The notes under the pieces were generated by a model, which was not told where the DNA came from, did no database searches, and saw only the letters and a list, made by a program, of their open reading frames with translations. Below are positions 15,788-20,000 of a DNA stretch of 20,000 nt, one piece after another. Numbering within the stretch: position 1 is the stretch's first letter; each line of letters opens with the position of its first letter. The translations under genes and the position numbers were made by a program. The stretch comes from an uncultured virus (IMG/VR IMGVR_UViG_3300008339_000033). Lineage: Duplodnaviria; Heunggongvirae; Uroviricota; Caudoviricetes. The stretch lies in the IMG/VR virus record IMGVR_UViG_3300008339_000033; one strand, 5' to 3'.

Positions 15788-16299
15788 TATGCTGGTACTT
15801 CAGGTGTTTCTTCTTCTGGTGCTTCTTCTGGTGTTTCTGGTGGTGCTTCACCTGTTTCTTCTGGTGGTGTTTCACCTTCTCCTGGTTCTTTTTCAGGTTG
15901 TTCTGGGGCTGTAAAGTAAAGTAGTCTTGCTATTGCTTCGGCTGCTCTTTCTTCTTCATCTAAATTAAGTAAATAATATTTTTTACCTTCTACTTGAGCT
16001 ATCCAACTTCTATCAGTATGAATTATATAAAATAATTGGTTATTTTTTAATTCAATTTGAAAAGTGGTTGGTCTAGGAGCAATCCATGCTACATCTTCAA
16101 CAAATAAATTATAATTTGTGGTTAAAAGATCTATTAAAACTTGCTTTAATTCAGGAAACTTAGATAATATAGGTATAACATTATCATCTAGTGATATGTC
16201 TCCAGAATTTGGCATATCTAAATCTACGGACTTTTGTTTAGAAGACCAAACTTGCTTAACTAAAGTTTTAATTTTATCTTTTAATTCAGACTTAGTCAT
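15787..16299 (-). CDS. Hypothetical protein with leader MTKSELKDKIK and a Pro/Glu-rich tail
   Basis: TAATG coupling on both sides; globular core WIAPRPTTF...AQVEGKKYYL; tail of (T/A)P(P)EE repeats. Confidence 0.85.
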   Translation of the reverse strand: MTKSELKDKIKTLVKQVWSSKQKSVDLDMPNSGDISLDDNVIPILSKFPELKQVLIDLLTTNYNLFVEDVAWIAPRPTTFQIELKNNQLFYIIHTDRSWIAQVEGKKYYLLNLDEEERAAEAIARLLYFTAPEQPEKEPGEGETPPEETGEAPPETPEEAPEEETPEVPA

Positions 16300-17108
16300 T
16301 ACTTACCTTTTAATTTAGAAATTACTTTTTCAGCTAGTTTCTTTTTATATTCATTAAGTACTGGTTCTTCATCAGAGTAATCTACATATTCCATAATGTA
16401 ATGCATAGGTTCACCTTGAGGTTCATCTTCACTTTGTAGATAATCAGAAACAGATTGTAAATAATCTTGAGCTTTAGTTAATTTGGATTGAACCCATGCA
16501 TCTAATTGTTCCCCATCATCTATAAGATTAGCTAATTTATCAACATTTTGCTTAATAGATGTTAATTGAGAATCAGCCATGCTTGATTCATCATTTTGTT
16601 GCATCCAATCATCTTCTTTAAGCATAGCTTTTTTAATAGCTAAATCTCTTGCAGCTAAATAATCTTTAGAATCAATTTTTCCATCAGGTTTTCCTTCAGG
16701 TCCTGTTAAATCTTTACCTTTTTTTTCAGGAATTGGTTTCATTAAAGCAGATTTAACTGCTTCTTTAATTTTTGATTGAGTTTCTTTTTTCATTGTACTT
16801 TTAGCTCTTTTTATTGAAGAACCTTTAGCCATTTTTTCAGCATCTTTACCATATTTACTAACTAATGATCTTTTATTAGTGGCGATCATAGCATTAAAAT
16901 ATTCTTGGGCTAATTCTTCTTCTTTATCAGATAAACCTTCAGAAACTTTAAGTGCTTTTTTAAGAGGTTTAATTGCTTTTTCTCTTTTTTTCTCTAAAGA
17001 TTTAGTTAATTTAGCTTTTTTGGCACCAGGTTGAGTTTGAGGTTTTCCTGTTTTAGCTAAATTAGTAGCTAAAGCATATGCTAACCCTGTTTTCTCTTTT
17101 TTTGTCAT
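16299..17108 (-). CDS. Modular hypothetical protein with an EF-hand/dockerin-like loop
   Basis: Basic N-terminus; DLTGPEGKPDGKIDSKDY; MLKE followed by the helical module MADSQL...LDAWVQSKLTKAQDYL. Confidence 0.8.
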   Translation of the reverse strand: MTKKEKTGLAYALATNLAKTGKPQTQPGAKKAKLTKSLEKKREKAIKPLKKALKVSEGLSDKEEELAQEYFNAMIATNKRSLVSKYGKDAEKMAKGSSIKRAKSTMKKETQSKIKEAVKSALMKPIPEKKGKDLTGPEGKPDGKIDSKDYLAARDLAIKKAMLKEDDWMQQNDESSMADSQLTSIKQNVDKLANLIDDGEQLDAWVQSKLTKAQDYLQSVSDYLQSEDEPQGEPMHYIMEYVDYSDEEPVLNEYKKKLAEKVISKLKGK

Positions 17109-17530
17109 TACATTTCTTCGTCTGAGGAAATCTGAGTTCTGGTGAAATAAGTTAAAACATTACCTATTTGTCTAGTAAGTTTTTTATCTCCTAATTTTTT
17201 AGATGCTTTTAGAGCTTGCATTAACTCTTTTTGAACTTGTTCAGGAGTAGTTAATTCAGTATCTCCTTCATCATCCATAGGCATTTCATCAGCAGGCATT
17301 TCTTCTGGTGCTTCTTCAGCAGGCATTTCTTCTTCTGCTGGTACTTCTTCTTCTGCTTTTTTGGCCTCTTCTAATTCATCTTCAGGAGTTTCCATTTCCT
17401 TAAGAATCATTTCTTTAATTTTAGCTTTTAAAGAAGATTTAGTATATGTTTCTTGCATTTCTTCCTCAGGCATAAAACCTTCTGTTAATATACCTGCAAG
17501 TTTTTGCATTCTTTTAATATCTAAGCTCAT
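17108..17530 (-). CDS. Acidic hypothetical protein with RMQKLAGILTE and KSSLKAKIKE motifs
   Basis: Late motif upstream; EEMPAEE-type low-complexity repeats. Confidence 0.85.
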   Translation of the reverse strand: MSLDIKRMQKLAGILTEGFMPEEEMQETYTKSSLKAKIKEMILKEMETPEDELEEAKKAEEEVPAEEEMPAEEAPEEMPADEMPMDDEGDTELTTPEQVQKELMQALKASKKLGDKKLTRQIGNVLTYFTRTQISSDEEM

Positions 17531-17546
17531 AATATTTTTATTTTAT

Positions 17547-17556
17547 TTATAAATAT
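17547..17556 (-). promoter_or_regulatory. Putative late-promoter motif ATATTTATAA
   Basis: Intergenic, upstream of ATG 17530. Confidence 0.6.
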
Positions 17557-17557
17557 G

Positions 17558-18172
17558 TTATTTTTTTAAAAAAGTATCTAGTATAGTTCCAATAGAGCCT
17601 ACCTTTTGTCTAACAAATATAGATTCTTCATTATTTAATCGTCTGTGGGCTTTATTAAAGGAAATACCTAATAAAGCTACAAACCTTCCACTTAAATCAT
17701 CAATAGCATAAAAATATAGTGATTCACCAGGAATATCTGTAAATGAATGTAGATTATATTCTTCAGTAGCAGTTTTAGTTAAAATTTCTAAATTTCCCTC
17801 TTTATAAACTCTAGATAATAATTTAGGAAATAACGATACTGGAATATTATGAAATGTATCTGTTATAGAATGAGTTTGTGGAGAGGTTTTTTCAAAAAAT
17901 ATTGAGAATTTTTGAATTGATTTTCCTGTAGGGTAAAAATGACCTCCATTGTGGAATTGAGCTATCCATATTCTATCACACTCAATAATCTCCATTATAT
18001 TATGAAGTTGCTGATCAATTAAATTATTATTATCAATAGATTCTTTTAAAGGATCATATTTTTTAGCTATTTTTTCTCTAAACCAGGCTACTACCATAGG
18101 TCCAATAACAGCAGTTATTAGAGCAACAAATATAGTAACCCACTGTTGAGTAACTACAAATAAATTAATCAT
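17558..18172 (-). CDS. Single-TM membrane protein with a GAF-like soluble domain; possible T4 gpT-like holin
   Basis: N-terminal hydrophobic helix WVTIFVALITAVIGPMVVAWF; CDRIWIAQFHNGG and GRFVALLGISF...LNNEE follow the GAF secondary-structure pattern. T4 holin T has the same TM+GAF architecture. The function is an inference. Confidence 0.5.
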   Translation of the reverse strand: MINLFVVTQQWVTIFVALITAVIGPMVVAWFREKIAKKYDPLKESIDNNNLIDQQLHNIMEIIECDRIWIAQFHNGGHFYPTGKSIQKFSIFFEKTSPQTHSITDTFHNIPVSLFPKLLSRVYKEGNLEILTKTATEEYNLHSFTDIPGESLYFYAIDDLSGRFVALLGISFNKAHRRLNNEESIFVRQKVGSIGTILDTFLKK

Positions 18173-18178
18173 GTTAGG

Positions 18179-18751
18179 TTAGGTTTTTTTGAGGTTTTGT
18201 AAGTATTTGATTGTCTCTTCTTTACTTTCAAGTAACCTTTGTTTTGAAGAACCTATCCATCTTTCAACATCTCCAGCTTCGGTAATGTATGATTGATTAG
18301 ATTCATTTATTAAATCCTCCATCCAGGATTCAAAATCAACTATTAAATTATCAATGTCATTATTGATTATATTTTTTTCATATTCATCCCATAAACCTAG
18401 TCTTCTTAATTCTGTTTCAAACTCAATTTGACAACCATAACATCTTTTATACTGGATGTAAAATGGTTTATCGTATTTGTGTTTCATTAGCTTATTACAG
18501 CTAGTACAGAACAAGGGAAAAGAGGCAGATTTTTTAGCAGTATCTAATTTGGTAAAATTTTGTTTAATACCATTTTTAATGGTCCATTTTCTACCATCTT
18601 CTTCCCAAACATCACCTTCTTTATGAGATTCTTCTTTTTTTGTATAACCTACTCCAGAAGTAGAACGTTCCCCATATTTACCTTGAACTAAATTACGAAG
18701 GCGCTGGATGTCTTTCTTTTGGAATTCTTTCTTTAAAACTGATTCTGACAT
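18179..18751 (-). CDS. Hypothetical protein with a C4 zinc-binding motif
   Basis: EGDVWEEDGRKWTIKNGIKQ, then CTSC...CYGC. Confidence 0.8.
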   Translation of the reverse strand: MSESVLKKEFQKKDIQRLRNLVQGKYGERSTSGVGYTKKEESHKEGDVWEEDGRKWTIKNGIKQNFTKLDTAKKSASFPLFCTSCNKLMKHKYDKPFYIQYKRCYGCQIEFETELRRLGLWDEYEKNIINNDIDNLIVDFESWMEDLINESNQSYITEAGDVERWIGSSKQRLLESKEETIKYLQNLKKT

Positions 18752-18756
18752 TGGAG

Positions 18757-19137
18757 TTATTTTTTCTTATTCATTGGGGTTTCCCCTTTTAATTTAGCAA
18801 TTCTTTCCTTAGCGGCTTTAGCTTTTTCAGAAATTTCTTTTTTAGTACTTCTGTAGCTTTCCATTTCAGTTTCTAATTCATTTAATTGAGATTCAAACTC
18901 TTTGAGTAATTCATTAGCTGTTCTATTAGCTTCTGATCTATTTTTATATACTCCGTGAGTTTCATCTTTATTAATTTCATCAAAAACTGTAACTTCACAA
19001 ACCATATCTTCTTTAGCCATTCCCATTTTAGGACGTTTTACTTGATAAACCTTTCCAATATCATCATATACTTCATATTGGGGTTCGGTTTCTTCTAATA
19101 TTTCTAAAATAAGTGATTTTAATTGTGACAGTTTCAT
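18757..19137 (-). CDS. Hypothetical protein with leader MKLSQLKSLILEILEE and a C-terminal coiled coil
   Basis: Late motif upstream; heptad-like C-terminal half. Confidence 0.8.
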   Translation of the reverse strand: MKLSQLKSLILEILEETEPQYEVYDDIGKVYQVKRPKMGMAKEDMVCEVTVFDEINKDETHGVYKNRSEANRTANELLKEFESQLNELETEMESYRSTKKEISEKAKAAKERIAKLKGETPMNKKK

Positions 19138-19154
19138 AATTATTATATTTTTAT

Positions 19155-19164
19155 TTATAAATAT
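19155..19164 (-). promoter_or_regulatory. Putative late-promoter motif ATATTTATAA
   Basis: Intergenic, upstream of ATG 19137. Confidence 0.6.
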
Positions 19165-19170
19165 ATATTT

Positions 19171-20000
19171 TTAACGAGAAGGTTCGTTATATATTACATT
19201 TCCTTTATCATACAAATCTTTTAATACATTTAAATCTCGTTTTGAAAGTGAACCTATAAAAGGATAAAATTCATCTTTTACAACTTGATTTTTTGGTATT
19301 AAAATAATAAATGGTTGGTCTCCATAGGGTAGAAATGTATAATAAGGACCTAAATCAACCAATTCTAATGTATAATCTGCTTTAAAAACATCAGTATCTA
19401 TGATAGCTTTGCATCTATGAATTTTTCCTGTATCAAAATCAAGACTAGAGGGTTTGTTTATCTTAATTTCCTGTAAACCATCTATATCTTTAAGTAGATT
19501 TTTAGGATCTTCAATTGTAAAATATTCTTTTGTAAGTCTAGTAAAATACTCTCCAGATAAATTGTAAGAAAATCTATTTAACATTCCCGTAGGAGGACCA
19601 ACAACTAATTGTTGTGGTAATTCATTTTTTATTTTTTCAAATATTTCAGGTTTAAGAGTTACAAGAATATTTGGTCCTATAGATTGATATGTTTTAGAAC
19701 AACAAAGATCAGAAATAGAACGATCTGTTAATTTCATTCCTTTATAAGAAATAGTTCCTGAAAACATTCCTGGATATTTTTCAGGATTAACAGCATGTTC
19801 AACTGTATAAACTAATAATCCTGAGGGTCGTTTTATAGAAATTTCATCTATATTATATTTTTTATAGTATTTATCTAAGATAGGAGAATTAATATATTGT
19901 TTAAATATTTTTAGTAAAGTTACTTTTTTATTTCCAGGGGCTCGTTTTAAAGCATCTTTTATAACCTCATCATCGAATTTAGCAATAACATCTCCTGCTT
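19171..20000 (-). CDS. Modular hypothetical protein; 5' end lies outside the window
   Basis: The frame stays open upstream of the tracked ATG 19767 to the window edge (AGDVIAKFDDEVIKDALKRAPGNKKVTLLKIFKQYINSPILDKYYKKYNIDEISIKRPSGLLVYTVEHAVNPEKYPG-MFSG...). Contains two EIxIxxP junction motifs. Confidence 0.85.
   Translation of the reverse strand, partial: AGDVIAKFDDEVIKDALKRAPGNKKVTLLKIFKQYINSPILDKYYKKYNIDEISIKRPSGLLVYTVEHAVNPEKYPGMFSGTISYKGMKLTDRSISDLCCSKTYQSIGPNILVTLKPEIFEKIKNELPQQLVVGPPTGMLNRFSYNLSGEYFTRLTKEYFTIEDPKNLLKDIDGLQEIKINKPSSLDFDTGKIHRCKAIIDTDVFKADYTLELVDLGPYYTFLPYGDQPFIILIPKNQVVKDEFYPFIGSLSKRDLNVLKDLYDKGNVIYNEPSR

Noticed and set aside
15790..17360. Short repeats at 15790-15905 and 17270-17360 as CRISPR or DGR-type repeats
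   Set aside because: They are imperfect, codon-phased, low-complexity Pro/Glu/Ala linkers with no spacers, and there is no cas or reverse transcriptase gene.
497..17552. All plus-strand ORFs in the track (497, 2150, 6074, 7650, 10209, 15723, 15739, 16118, 17361)
   Set aside because: Each lies antisense to a well-supported minus-strand gene and has the biased composition of a shadow ORF (for example FFWC repeats opposite PEE repeats).
1..20000. Stop-codon reassignment (no gene ends in TAG)
   Set aside because: Genes are full length under the standard code with no TAG-interrupted frames; TAA dominance is expected at this A+T content.
1..20000. tRNA or rRNA genes
   Set aside because: No cloverleaf or T-loop signature seen, and the intergenic gaps are too short apart from 3717-3876, which is explained by other elements.

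Overview
A very AT-rich, densely coding window with every credible gene on the minus strand, and both end genes running off the window. It looks like a segment of a large tailed phage genome that probably infects Bacteroidota: there are four TTTG-N20-TAnnTT(T/A)(A/G) promoter-like elements, no Shine-Dalgarno sites and A-rich start contexts. Two gene classes are interleaved. (1) Accessory genes behind host-type promoters: a P-loop NadR/AAA_28-like kinase, an HTH protein, an FAD-dependent oxidoreductase, a GIY-YIG/NUMOD homing endonuclease and a pyrimidine-dimer glycosylase. (2) A long cluster of mostly uncharacterised proteins, often preceded by ATAT(T/G)TATA(A/C). These share short peptide tags (KLxxLLxE / KSxLKxxIKE leaders, RMQxLAG, and a [LIM]xE-I-x-[VI]-x-x-P junction) and appear to be built from cassettes joined at LxE sites. 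I infer a capsid-cargo system of protease-processed, virion-packaged polyproteins. Its apparent payloads include a ferritin, a PD-(D/E)xK-like nuclease, a HiPIP-like Cys protein and a membrane protein with an OmpA-C-like domain. Also notable are a GGWSDG-coding copy of a site in the oxidoreductase gene lying just upstream of the homing endonuclease, and a switch-like structured RNA overlapping a terminator. All family calls come from motif recognition by eye; no database searches were run.
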